64,000 nt of DNA from Myxococcales bacterium (GCA_047601445.1 JASGJH010000001.1:5088001-5152000), one strand, 5' to 3'; counted from the stretch's first letter, positions 49,827 to 59,001 are shown. Notes: generated from the letters alone by a model not told the origin. A program made the numbers and translations.

Positions 49827-51122
49827 TCAGAGGGGAAAGTCGTAGCGCACCAGATGCCGCTGAAAATGCTCGTCGCTGTGGACGCCGTACACCACTCCGC
49901 GCTGATCGGAGACGGCGATCATTTGCATCTCGAGCAAGGGTGTCAGAGCACACGAGACCTGCTGAGTGTCGCTCAGGTAGCAAAGCGTGGTCTCGTCTGC
50001 ACCGCGGTCGCCGGTGCTCGTCAAGAGGTACGCGCCGCCAAACGCGTCCGGCTGCAGTGCGTGCACTGACATCAGCGTGTAGCTGGAGCGAACCATGGTG
50101 AACCTGGTCGAGACCGTCCCGTCGATGCGGAGCCACTCGATGTCGCCGGTGCCGTTGGTCGCCGCCACCACCAGGCGATTGCGGGAGTCGATCGTCGTCT
50201 TGTACTGCGGCCATGGCATGAAGTCGACGCGCTGGGACAACACATTGCCCGTGTTCCAGTCGATTCTGTAGGTGGTGAGGTTCTGAACGTAGTCCTGCAC
50301 GTTGCTTGGCACCGTGACTCCAAAGCGTCCCACGAGCAGCAGTTGATCGGCTCCGCCGAAGGCGACCATGGTCTCGAACTCATCCATCGCCTGCGGCGTG
50401 CTCACGCTCACCGTGGCGTTCTGCTGCCAGAGCACCTCGCCTCGCGCGTCGACGCGAGCCGAGAACCAACCATCCATCACGCTGAGGACTGCAAAGTCTT
50501 CGGCCCCAGGCGGACGCTGGATCATGCGAGGGTTGAAAGGAGCAGGATTTCCCTGCGCAAGCATGGTTCGCGAAAAGCCCTCCTGCACGCTGCCCTTCAA
50601 CGCGTAGGCCTCGATCTGGTTTTGGGGAACCGCGGGCGCACAGTTGTTGTACCAGGTCGTGAAGAAAACCGGTCCCGGGTTGCTCGGATACAGCCAGGCG
50701 CCCGAGTTAGCCACATCGGCGTCGAAGCGGCAGCCGTGTTTGGGCTCGGGCGGGGGGATGTCCAGCGTACCGAGCTCCGCACCATCATCCCGAAGTTGGC
50801 GCACATGGAAGGACTCAACTGCGGCACCGCCAGCCGAGATTTCCCACACCGTGCCATTGGTGCCGGCCGCGATCGATCCGTTCCCCAGAGGTACCGACCA
50901 GGTCGGATCGAGCAGCTCTATCGTCGGCGTCACGTCCGCATTCGAGGGATCAACCACCCCTTGGTCGAACTCCTCGGGCAGCTCGCAGGAGATCTTCTCT
51001 CCGAGGCAGGACGTGCGGTTGTCCCCGACGCTGGCCGAGTCACCACACGCGCACGCCAGCATCAGCATTCCGCCAAGCACGGCCTTCTTGTTTCTTGCCA
51101 CGGTCACCACCTTCACTATCAA
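49827..51122 (-). CDS. Array lipoprotein paralog 3
   Basis: Lipobox ACAC-GD; AGTNGTVW, WQQ, IDWNTGNV, GDIEW; C-terminus LVRYDFPL; start uncertain within a few codons. Confidence 0.8.
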   Translation of the reverse strand: MIVKVVTVARNKKAVLGGMLMLACACGDSASVGDNRTSCLGEKISCELPEEFDQGVVDPSNADVTPTIELLDPTWSVPLGNGSIAAGTNGTVWEISAGGAAVESFHVRQLRDDGAELGTLDIPPPEPKHGCRFDADVANSGAWLYPSNPGPVFFTTWYNNCAPAVPQNQIEAYALKGSVQEGFSRTMLAQGNPAPFNPRMIQRPPGAEDFAVLSVMDGWFSARVDARGEVLWQQNATVSVSTPQAMDEFETMVAFGGADQLLLVGRFGVTVPSNVQDYVQNLTTYRIDWNTGNVLSQRVDFMPWPQYKTTIDSRNRLVVAATNGTGDIEWLRIDGTVSTRFTMVRSSYTLMSVHALQPDAFGGAYLLTSTGDRGADETTLCYLSDTQQVSCALTPLLEMQMIAVSDQRGVVYGVHSDEHFQRHLVRYDFPL

Positions 51123-51165
51123 GCCCATGCGTGCAGTCACGCGCATCGTTCCTCGAGATTTCGCG
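51123..51165 (-). promoter_or_regulatory. Conserved array motif, copy 3
   Basis: GCGAAATCTCGA-GGAA-N14-GCAC-N8-TTG. Confidence 0.65.
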
Positions 51166-51181
51166 CGCTGGGCGCTCGATT

Positions 51182-52456
51182 TCAGATGGGAAAGTCGAAG
51201 CGCGCGAGACGTGTCCCGGTCTGTTGATCCCACGCCTGCGCGTAGAGCACGCCGGGGATGTCCGAAACGACGAAGTTGCGCGCTTCCGGCACCAAGGCGC
51301 AGGAGATCGCCATGGCGTCGTTCATGTAACAGAGGGTCTGAACGGCCGCGTTGCGATCGCCGGAGGCAGTCACGAGATAGGTGCCACCCACGCTGTCCGC
51401 GATGAGCGATTGCACCGCAAGGTAAGTATAACCTTCACGGATGATCGTCCTCTCGTCGAGCGCGGCTCCCTGCGAGCGCGACCACGAGATGTCCCCGCTG
51501 TAAGTGCTGCCCGCAACGACCGTTCGTCCCTCGGAGTCGAGCGCAAACGTCGCACTACCGTCCAACAGGAGGCCGGGCACGGCCGTCCGAGATTGCACGC
51601 TGCCAGTCTCCCAGTCGAGCACGACCATGGAAGGCGTCACGCTACCCTGGTCCTGCGGCAGCTCACCGATCACGACCAAGGAGCCATCGACTCCCCAGAA
51701 GAGCGACGCGTAAGTAAAATTCCCGAACTCGAGCTCTCGGTCGTAGAACTCTCTCGCGATCGACGACTGCTGCCAGACGATGTCCCCGGCGGCGTCGATC
51801 CGCGTCGGCGCCCAACCTTTCGGGAAGAGGGGCAGCACCGCGTGTTCGTTGCTCTGCGCCTTGCGCGCCAGGACAGGTGGAACCGTGTTGCCGGTAACAT
51901 CGAGATCGGCACGGGTGACCGGCTCGGATACGCTCGAGCCGAAATCGATGACCTCCGCCTGAGTGTCGTAGATGCCTCCCGGGCAGTGCACTGACCAGCC
52001 AACGACCAGCGTCGGTCCAGGATCGCCTTGGTTGAGGCTGAACACGGGGATGTCCTGCTGAACGCACTTGAGGTCCGCCGGGGGCAGGATGTCTTGCGTC
52101 CCGAGCACCCCTCCATCGGCATTCAGCTGCCAAAGACGGATCCCGGTCAGGCCGAGTACCGCGGTGGCTGACCAGAAGGTTCCACCAACACCAGCAACCA
52201 TCTGGCCGTCGCTGCCGCCGTTGACCGTCTCCCAGGTAGGCATGAGCGTGGGGAGGGGTCCGGGGGTGATCTCGACGGGCTGGGAAGATTGCGAAAGCGA
52301 GGTGTATTTGGGCAACTCACCACAGTGAATCTTGTCGCCCTGACAGTTCGCCTCCGTGTACCCGACGTTGGCCTGATCACCGCATCCCGTGAGCAGCGCC
52401 AGCCCGAAGCCCGCCAGGACCCCGACTCGCCGAGAGCGTCCAGTTGCGTTGTGCAT
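51182..52456 (-). CDS. Array lipoprotein paralog 4
   Basis: Lipobox LTGC-GD; AGVGGTFW, WQQ, LDWETGSV, GDISW, TLC..ISC; C-terminus LARFDFPI. Confidence 0.8.
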   Translation of the reverse strand: MHNATGRSRRVGVLAGFGLALLTGCGDQANVGYTEANCQGDKIHCGELPKYTSLSQSSQPVEITPGPLPTLMPTWETVNGGSDGQMVAGVGGTFWSATAVLGLTGIRLWQLNADGGVLGTQDILPPADLKCVQQDIPVFSLNQGDPGPTLVVGWSVHCPGGIYDTQAEVIDFGSSVSEPVTRADLDVTGNTVPPVLARKAQSNEHAVLPLFPKGWAPTRIDAAGDIVWQQSSIAREFYDRELEFGNFTYASLFWGVDGSLVVIGELPQDQGSVTPSMVVLDWETGSVQSRTAVPGLLLDGSATFALDSEGRTVVAGSTYSGDISWSRSQGAALDERTIIREGYTYLAVQSLIADSVGGTYLVTASGDRNAAVQTLCYMNDAMAISCALVPEARNFVVSDIPGVLYAQAWDQQTGTRLARFDFPI

Positions 52457-52500
52457 GCCCCTGTGTGCAGCCGAACGCGCCGCTCCTCGAAACTTTCTCG
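52457..52500 (-). promoter_or_regulatory. Conserved array motif, copy 4
   Basis: GAGAAAGTTTCGA-GGAG-N14-GCAC-N8-ATG. Confidence 0.7.
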
Positions 52501-52535
52501 CGGCCTCGACTCCCATCACCCCGACCCGGCTCCGC

Positions 52536-53664
52536 TCAGAACCCCAAGCTCGGCCCCAAGCTCACCAGGTACGAAAGCTCGGGCACCGCATAGCCCACCC
52601 GAGTGTCGTCATACACGAACCGTCGTCCGAGCAGGTTGGCCCGCGCGCTGCCGCTCGCCACGAAGCCCAGAGTCCCCCGCAAGCGCACGCGCAGCTCGAG
52701 CGTCGCCGCCACGCCGACCCCGCTCAAGAGGGCGCTGCGATCGCGGTCGAAGCTCGCTCCACGCTGCCGCCAGAGCGAATATTCGGGGCCCACGCAGGCG
52801 CGCACGCGCACGCCGCGTTCGGCGGCCATGCCACCGCACAGCGCCACCGCCGCGTCGAAGGCCTGAGCTTTGACGCGTTCCTCGGAATGTTCGGGCAGGC
52901 TCATCGCGCCGAGGCCCGACGTGCCACGCAAGGTGCCCATCAGGCTCGCGTAGGTCCCCCACTGCCGCGCCAGCGACGCGCCGAGCCCCAACAGCCCGCT
53001 CGGCGCCACCTCGAACATCCCGACTCCCATCACGCCGAGCTCCCAGGTGGAAGCAAGCGGTGCGGCTGGAAGCGCAGGCGTTCGTGGGACCTCGGGTGTT
53101 GGCTCGGGGTCCTCGATCAACGGTCGCGCGGCCGCCGCAGGCGGTGCGGGCTCGGTCGGAATCGGGACCGCCACGGGTTGCGGTGGGTTCGCGTCGAGCT
53201 CGGCCAAGAGCTGCTGCTCTGCGGGGACTTCACTGCTGACGAGTCCTACCAGGGCAGGTGGAAGCCCTTCCAGCGATAGATTCGGGTCCAGCATCATGGC
53301 AACGATGAACACCAGCGCGTCGTCGAGCTCGCGACAGCTCGGTGCCGTCTGCTCCAACACGCGGTGTCCGTGCGCCTCTCGGGCAGGTTCCCACAGCACC
53401 ACGCGTGCGCGAAAGTGCTGCTCGGAGGTGCGCTCGATGTGCCCCTCGATCACCCGCCGCGCCTCGCTCGGCGCACTCGATGTCGCTTGAGGATGCTCGT
53501 GCCCTGATGGTGAGCGCGGTGCTCTTACTCGGCCTGGCCGCCCCGGTGCGCGCCGAGCCGCCCGCCGCCACGAGCTTGCACTGGGCACGCGCGGAGAGTG
53601 CCGCTGAATGCATCGACCCAGTGAGTCTCGGGGAGCGCGTGGAGCGGCTCACCGGCAGTCGTTT
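52536..53664 (-). pseudogene. Array outer-membrane-type paralog B, with its 5' 186 bp inverted
   Basis: C-terminal 313 aa on the minus strand (53477-52536); the missing signal peptide and LHWAR..ECIDP..LTGSRL are encoded on the plus strand at 53480-53665. Confidence 0.8.
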
Positions 53665-53715
53665 GATTTGCAGTGCATGCGAGTGGGGCTCGAGAGGTGA
53701 TTTTCTGTTCCCCGT

Positions 53716-55023
53716 TCACCCCTGCGTGGGTAAGTCAAAACGCAAAAGCTCACCGTTGCGGCCGACACCGAACACTGCTTCCCCCGGACCCACCACCGGA
53801 CCAATCATGAGCTCTGGTGTCCGCCAGCAGGAAACCTCGAGTGCCGCGCTGAGGCGACACAGCGTGGGCACAGGGTTGTCCCGCGACCCCGTCCGAGTGA
53901 GCAGATAGCTCGTGCCCTGAGCGCCCACCTCGAGTCCGAGCAACACAGGCACCTGATAGTCCTGACGCAGCAGCGTGATCTGCTCGAACGCGCTGCCCGC
54001 AAGGCGGCCCCACACGAGGTCGAGGTTCTGCGAGCTCGCCATCACCAGACGCCCCTCCGGGTCAGCTCGCACGACGGCATCGTAGCTCGGCGTGAAGTCC
54101 ACCCCACGCCGCTTGATCACGTTGCCCGAGTGCCAGTCGAGGTCGAAGAAGGTGGCTGACCCGCCCTCGCTCAGCGTTCCCATCAGCGTCAGCTGCTGCG
54201 GGCCCGAGAACACCAGCGCGGAGCCGAGCGCGCCCGGAATCTGAAAACCCTCTGGGAACCCGGTCTGCTGCCACTCGATGTCGCCGGCAGCCGAGAGACG
54301 CGCCGTGGTCCAGCCCGCGCTCACGACCGACAGCGCCAGATAGTCCGCGCCGTTGGCCTCGCGCATGGCAAAAGGCGGCAAGAACGAGGCCTCGAGGGCC
54401 GATGTTTCGCTCTCTCCCAACAGCACGCGCATGGCTGCGTCCTGCACGCTCGCGCCAAAGGCGACCAGCTCCGTGCGTTCACAACTGAGCAGTTCGTCTC
54501 CCTGGCAGGCCTGCTTCCACTCGAGGGCCGCGGTGGGTCCGGGAATGCCCGCAGACACGTTGTAGAGCAGGCTCAACGAGATGTCGTCGGCGGTGCCCCG
54601 CAGCCCCGGAGGCGCCTGCAGTTGCTGCGTACCGAGCACGTTGCCGTCCCCGTCGAGCTGCATGACCGTGAACTGCTCGGCATCCGCGCCAAACGTCCAC
54701 AACGAGCCATCGTTCCCTGCGATCGTGCGCCCCAAGAGCAGCGCCGTGTCGCCAGGCTGCAACGAAGGTAGCGGGGGCCGGCTCCAGGTCGCCTTCAATT
54801 CCTCGGTCGCGATCAGCGGGACTGTGCGCGGGTCCGCCGTCATCGCGAACTCCGTATTCTCGGGCACCTCGCACTTCACGCCTTCGCCCATGCAAACGGG
54901 CTTTCGGGTGTACCCCACGTAGGCAACGTCCCCGCAGGCCGCCAAGAGCGCCATGGCACCAGCGAGCGCCCACTGCATTCCCTGCACGGCCAGGCTCTTC
55001 ATTGCGCGGTTCCTAGGGTTCAT
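53716..55023 (-). CDS. Array lipoprotein paralog 5
   Basis: Lipobox LAAC-GD; AGNDGSLW, WQQ, LDWHSGNV, TLC..VSC; C-terminus LLRFDLP. Confidence 0.8.
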   Translation of the reverse strand: MNPRNRAMKSLAVQGMQWALAGAMALLAACGDVAYVGYTRKPVCMGEGVKCEVPENTEFAMTADPRTVPLIATEELKATWSRPPLPSLQPGDTALLLGRTIAGNDGSLWTFGADAEQFTVMQLDGDGNVLGTQQLQAPPGLRGTADDISLSLLYNVSAGIPGPTAALEWKQACQGDELLSCERTELVAFGASVQDAAMRVLLGESETSALEASFLPPFAMREANGADYLALSVVSAGWTTARLSAAGDIEWQQTGFPEGFQIPGALGSALVFSGPQQLTLMGTLSEGGSATFFDLDWHSGNVIKRRGVDFTPSYDAVVRADPEGRLVMASSQNLDLVWGRLAGSAFEQITLLRQDYQVPVLLGLEVGAQGTSYLLTRTGSRDNPVPTLCRLSAALEVSCWRTPELMIGPVVGPGEAVFGVGRNGELLRFDLPTQG

Positions 55024-55068
55024 GCCGGTGTGTGCGGGCACGGGAGATCTTTCTGGAAACTTTTTTCA
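55024..55068 (-). promoter_or_regulatory. Conserved array motif, copy 5
   Basis: GAAAAAAGTTTCCA-GAAA-N14-GCAC-N8-ATG. Confidence 0.65.
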
Positions 55069-55071
55069 CCC

Positions 55072-56199
55072 TCAAAAAGCACAACCGGGGCCGAATCCCG
55101 CCGTGGCCTGGGCCCGCGGAACCGTGAACCCGGCGCCCTCCTGGTCGTACACGAACTTGCGCCCCAGCGTGCTGATCCGCAGCGCGCCAAAGCCGTGCAA
55201 CCACCAACGGCCGCGCAAGCGAATGCGCAGATCGAGGCCGGCCGCGATCCCGAAGCCGCTGAGCACCCCCGCGCGGTCACGCCCGAAGCCCGTGCCGACC
55301 TGACGCCACAGCGAGTACTCGGGACTCAAGCAGGCGCGTAGCCGTAGCATGGGCTCCCGCTCGGTCCCCACGCACACGCCGAGTGCCGCGTCGAAGGCCT
55401 GCGCATGGACCATCACGAACGACGAGGAGTCGACGACGGCGGCCGTGTAGCTCCGTGCGCCACGCAGGGTCCCGACCAAGCTCCAGACAGGACTCAGGCG
55501 CCGAAACAGCGAGGCATCGACGCCGTACAGTGTGCCAGGTGCCACGTTGAACTGCGCCATTCCCGCGAGCCTTACTTCGAGCGGTCCCTCCGAGCTGCTC
55601 GTCGCGCGCGGAGGCTTGGGCTCGGCCTTTGGTGCCTGGGGAGCGGGGCGTGCCGGTTCGGGAGCGGACTCCGTGGGATCGAGGAGCTGCGTGTTCGCAG
55701 CTGGAGCCTGTTGCTGCTCGAGCTCGGCGAGGAGCGCTTGATCCGGGCTCGATTCGCCCGAGATGAGCTTGAGCAGCGCGGGCGAGAGTCCCTCGATGGA
55801 GAGATTGGGATCCACCATCATACCCACCATGAAGACGATGGCCCCGTCCAGCTCGCGGCAGTCCTTCGCCTGTTGCTCGAGCACGCGCTGGCCGCCCGTG
55901 TCGTGGCCGCGCTCGGTGAGCGTGATGCGCACCCGATAGTGCTCGGGCACGGGACTCTCGATCTGCCCCTCGATGCTGCGCAAAGCATGCGCGGGTCGAC
56001 TCAAGGTGGTGCCAGTGAGTTGCTCCACGCGCTCCGCCAGGACGGCCGGCGCGATGCACCCGCGAGCGCTCTCGGAGCGAGTCCAATGAAGCGCCGGTGG
56101 TTCGAGGTCCGCGGCGCGCACATGAGCCGAGACGCCGATCGACGCCGCGACGAAGGCCCAGGCGAGTCGAGCGAGCACGGGGCGGCCCTCCGAGTTCAT
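55072..56199 (-). CDS. Array outer-membrane-type paralog C
   Basis: Signal peptide, LHWTR..GCIAP..LAERVEQLTG, RVLEQ..CRELD, DPNLS, RACLSPEYSLWRQ, terminal Phe. Confidence 0.75.
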   Translation of the reverse strand: MNSEGRPVLARLAWAFVAASIGVSAHVRAADLEPPALHWTRSESARGCIAPAVLAERVEQLTGTTLSRPAHALRSIEGQIESPVPEHYRVRITLTERGHDTGGQRVLEQQAKDCRELDGAIVFMVGMMVDPNLSIEGLSPALLKLISGESSPDQALLAELEQQQAPAANTQLLDPTESAPEPARPAPQAPKAEPKPPRATSSSEGPLEVRLAGMAQFNVAPGTLYGVDASLFRRLSPVWSLVGTLRGARSYTAAVVDSSSFVMVHAQAFDAALGVCVGTEREPMLRLRACLSPEYSLWRQVGTGFGRDRAGVLSGFGIAAGLDLRIRLRGRWWLHGFGALRISTLGRKFVYDQEGAGFTVPRAQATAGFGPGCAF

Positions 56200-56234
56200 G
56201 CACCGTTTCTTAGCAGTCGGGAACTTCAGCGCTC

Positions 56235-56858
56235 TCAAGGTTCCCGGTATCGCACGCGCAGCGAGACTCCACCGGCAATGAGCCGCGAGCGAATATCGTA
56301 GAAGCCCCAATCTCCATCTTCGCGATAGTCGACTTGCTCGAGAGCGGATGCGAGTCCGAGCCCCAGGTACCAGGCGTCGGCCACCTGCCAGGCATAGCCG
56401 AGCTCCATGCCTGCGCTGAAGCCGTGATGCTCTTGCATGAGCGCGAGGCCTCCACGCAGCGTAGCGTAGACACCGCGGTCGGCGTGCTGCGAGAGCGTGA
56501 GCTGGAGACCGAGCGCCCCGGCGTGGGCCGGCCTGACCCTGAAACCCTCGGGATGCCCAGCGAGGCCGATTCGAGCGTAACCCGCGAGCTGCACATGATC
56601 ACCGAGGTAGGCTCCCAGCGCCAGCCCGAACTCGCTGCCAAAACCGACGTAGGGATGACGGTCGTACGTGCTCTTGGGAGCGCCCGTATCGGTATCGGTG
56701 TACACGCTGCGTTCACTCCACTTCGCCGCGCCGAGCACCAACGAGGGCTCCACCAAGACGCCGAAGTCGGAGGCGCGCGCGGTGGGCTGCGAGCCGAGGA
56801 GCACGAAGCAGACGAGCAAGGCGAGAGAGAGACCTATGGTTCTTGGCACTTCGAGCAC
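56235..56858 (-). CDS. Small putative outer-membrane beta-barrel protein
   Basis: Signal peptide ending ARA, about 8 Gly/aromatic amphipathic strands, C-terminal LRVRY. Confidence 0.55.
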   Translation of the reverse strand: MLEVPRTIGLSLALLVCFVLLGSQPTARASDFGVLVEPSLVLGAAKWSERSVYTDTDTGAPKSTYDRHPYVGFGSEFGLALGAYLGDHVQLAGYARIGLAGHPEGFRVRPAHAGALGLQLTLSQHADRGVYATLRGGLALMQEHHGFSAGMELGYAWQVADAWYLGLGLASALEQVDYREDGDWGFYDIRSRLIAGGVSLRVRYREP

Positions 56859-57041
56859 AACGCACGCGGGTCGCGGATATAGTTCAAAGCACGAGACGAG
56901 ACCGAGCCGTCACCCCAAACCAGTCTCAACTCGACGCCGCGCCACGGCCTACAAAGTTTTCGGTGGCTCGCCCGAGCGAAAGCAAAAACGCGGACAAGGC
57001 CGAGGCCCTGCCCGCGTTCACTGCGCCTTGGCGCTAGGAGC

Positions 57042-58319
57042 TCAGCGCTCCATGATGGCGACGACGCCCTGGCCGCCGGCCGCGCAGATGGAGATCAGGC
57101 CGCGACCCTTGCCCTTCTTCTCGAGGAGCTTGGCGAGCGTGGCCACGATACGACCACCGGTAGCGGCGAACGGGTGACCGGTGGCGAGGCTCGAGCCCTT
57201 GACGTTGAGCTTGGAGCGATCGATGGAGCCGAGGGCCTTGGAGAGACCGAGCCTCTCCTTACAGAAGGTGGGGTCTTCCCAGGCCTTCAGCGTGCACAGC
57301 ACCTGGGCCGCGAACGCCTCGTGGATCTCGTAGAAGTCGAAGTCCTGCAGCTTGAGGCCGGCGCGGTCGAGCATGCGCGGCACGGCGTAGGCAGGGGCCA
57401 TCAGGAGGCCTTCGGGCTTGGGTCCGAAGAAATCCACGGCCGCGTTCTCGTACTCCGTGAAGTACGCGCGGACGGGCAGGTTGCGCTGCTTGGCCCACTC
57501 TTCGCTCGCGAACAGCACGGCGGAGGCTCCGTCGGTGAGGTTCGTGCTGTTGCCAGCCGTGAGCGTGCCGTTCTGGCGGTCGTAGGCGGGCTTGAGCGAA
57601 GCCAGCTTCTCGATGGTGGTGTCGGGACGCAGGATGCCGTCCTTGGTCACGCCCTTGAAGGGCGTGATGAGGTCGCCGAAGAAGCCTTCTTCGTAGGCGG
57701 CGGCGGCGTTCTTGTGGCTGAGGTACGTGAGCTGGTCCTGCTCAGCGCGCGGGATCTTCCACTCCTTGGCCATGATCTCGCAGTGGTCGCCCATGGAGAG
57801 ACCCGTGCGGGGCTCGGCGTTGGAGGGGACGAGCGGCATCAGGTCCTTTGCGCGCAGGTCCTTGAACGCCATGAGCTGCTCGGCCGGCGTCTTGGCGCGG
57901 TTGGCCTTGAGCAGGATCTTGCGGAGGCCTTCGCCCACGCCGATGGGGGCGTCGCTGGTCGTGTCACTGCCGCCGGCGATGGCGGAGTCGATCTTGCCGA
58001 GGGCGATCTTGTTGGCCGACAGGATGGCGGCCTCGAGGCCGGTGCCACAGGCCTGCTGAACGTCGTAGGCCGGGGTGTCGGCCGAGAGACCGGAGTCGAG
58101 CAAGGACTCGCGGGTCAGGTTGAAATCGCGCGAGTGCTTGATGACCGCGCCCGCGGCCACTTCACCGATGCGCTCGCCGCGCAGGTTGTAGCGGTCCACC
58201 AGACCCTTGAGGGCAGCCGTCAACATCTGCTGATTGCTGGCTTCGGCGTACTGCGCGTTCGACTTCACGAAGGGGATACGGTTGCCGCCGATCACGGCGA
58301 CCTTGCGGATCTGGCTCAT
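57042..58319 (-). CDS. Acetyl-CoA C-acyltransferase (thiolase, FadA2/FadI-like)
   Basis: QQACGTG, LTDGAS, HEAFAAQ, GHPFAATG, SICAAGGQG. Confidence 0.92.
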   Translation of the reverse strand: MSQIRKVAVIGGNRIPFVKSNAQYAEASNQQMLTAALKGLVDRYNLRGERIGEVAAGAVIKHSRDFNLTRESLLDSGLSADTPAYDVQQACGTGLEAAILSANKIALGKIDSAIAGGSDTTSDAPIGVGEGLRKILLKANRAKTPAEQLMAFKDLRAKDLMPLVPSNAEPRTGLSMGDHCEIMAKEWKIPRAEQDQLTYLSHKNAAAAYEEGFFGDLITPFKGVTKDGILRPDTTIEKLASLKPAYDRQNGTLTAGNSTNLTDGASAVLFASEEWAKQRNLPVRAYFTEYENAAVDFFGPKPEGLLMAPAYAVPRMLDRAGLKLQDFDFYEIHEAFAAQVLCTLKAWEDPTFCKERLGLSKALGSIDRSKLNVKGSSLATGHPFAATGGRIVATLAKLLEKKGKGRGLISICAAGGQGVVAIMER

Positions 58320-58574
58320 ATCATTCGGTCCTTGCGAGATTAGGCCTCACCGCCGTTAAGCCGGTCGGTGGGCACTCGACCGCCGAAATCTAGATCAAAC
58401 ATGGGGGTTGTCGAAGGGCGACCAGCCGAAAGGTAGGGCAAAAAACGCTTCACGAGAGATACCAGTGTCCGTTCCGGAACAAGGATAGACCCGAAAGACG
58501 GAAGTCCCCGCCCCCGCGGTCATCCGGGCCAATCGAGGGGCCGGCTCTCGCTACTTCGCTTTCACCCGCTCGCT

Positions 58575-58596
58575 CCGTAACCCAAGCCGGTTACGG
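58575..58596. promoter_or_regulatory. Perfect inverted repeat upstream of the tautomerase gene (candidate operator)
   Basis: CCGTAACC-CAAGCC-GGTTACGG. Confidence 0.5.
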
Positions 58597-58614
58597 GCCC
58601 ACCATGAGTTCCCT

Positions 58615-59001
58615 ATGGTCAAGATCTACGCCCTTAAAGAACGACTCTTCGGCGGTCGCCGCCAGCTCCTGTCCGATGTGGTCCAGGCCGCGCTCACCGA
58701 AGCCGTCGGCCTCCCCGCCGAAAAGCGCGCCCACCGCATCTTCCCCCTCGAGCGCGAAGACCTCTTCATGCCCCCCGATCGGAGCGAGGACTACACGCTA
58801 ATCGAGATCACCATGATCAGCGGGCGCTCCACCGAAGCGAAGAAGAAGCTCGTGCGAGCCATTTTCGAGCGCATGGAGAAAGACGCCGGCGTGCGCCCCA
58901 TGGACGTGGAGATCGTGCTCCTGGAGTCTCCCGCCGAAAACTGGGGATTCCGCGGCCTCCACGGCGACGAAGCGCAGCTCAACTACAAGATCAAGGTGTA
59001 G
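58615..59001 (+). CDS. Tautomerase family protein (YrdN/MSAD-like)
   Basis: VKIY, DRSEDYTLIEI, GRSTEAKKKL, DVEI, NWGFRG, LNYKIKV. Confidence 0.85.
   Translation: MVKIYALKERLFGGRRQLLSDVVQAALTEAVGLPAEKRAHRIFPLEREDLFMPPDRSEDYTLIEITMISGRSTEAKKKLVRAIFERMEKDAGVRPMDVEIVLLESPAENWGFRGLHGDEAQLNYKIKV

Noticed and set aside
53474..53685. 6-bp inverted repeat CACTCG/CGAGTG as the inversion boundary
   Set aside because: Flipping at these sites leaves paralog B out of frame; only the TC/GA junction restores the alignment with paralogs A and C
45984..55023. Shufflon or diversity-generating retroelement behind the lipoprotein paralogs
   Set aside because: All paralogs are full-length and co-oriented with their own starts; I saw no near-identical template/variable repeat pair, reverse transcriptase or recombinase
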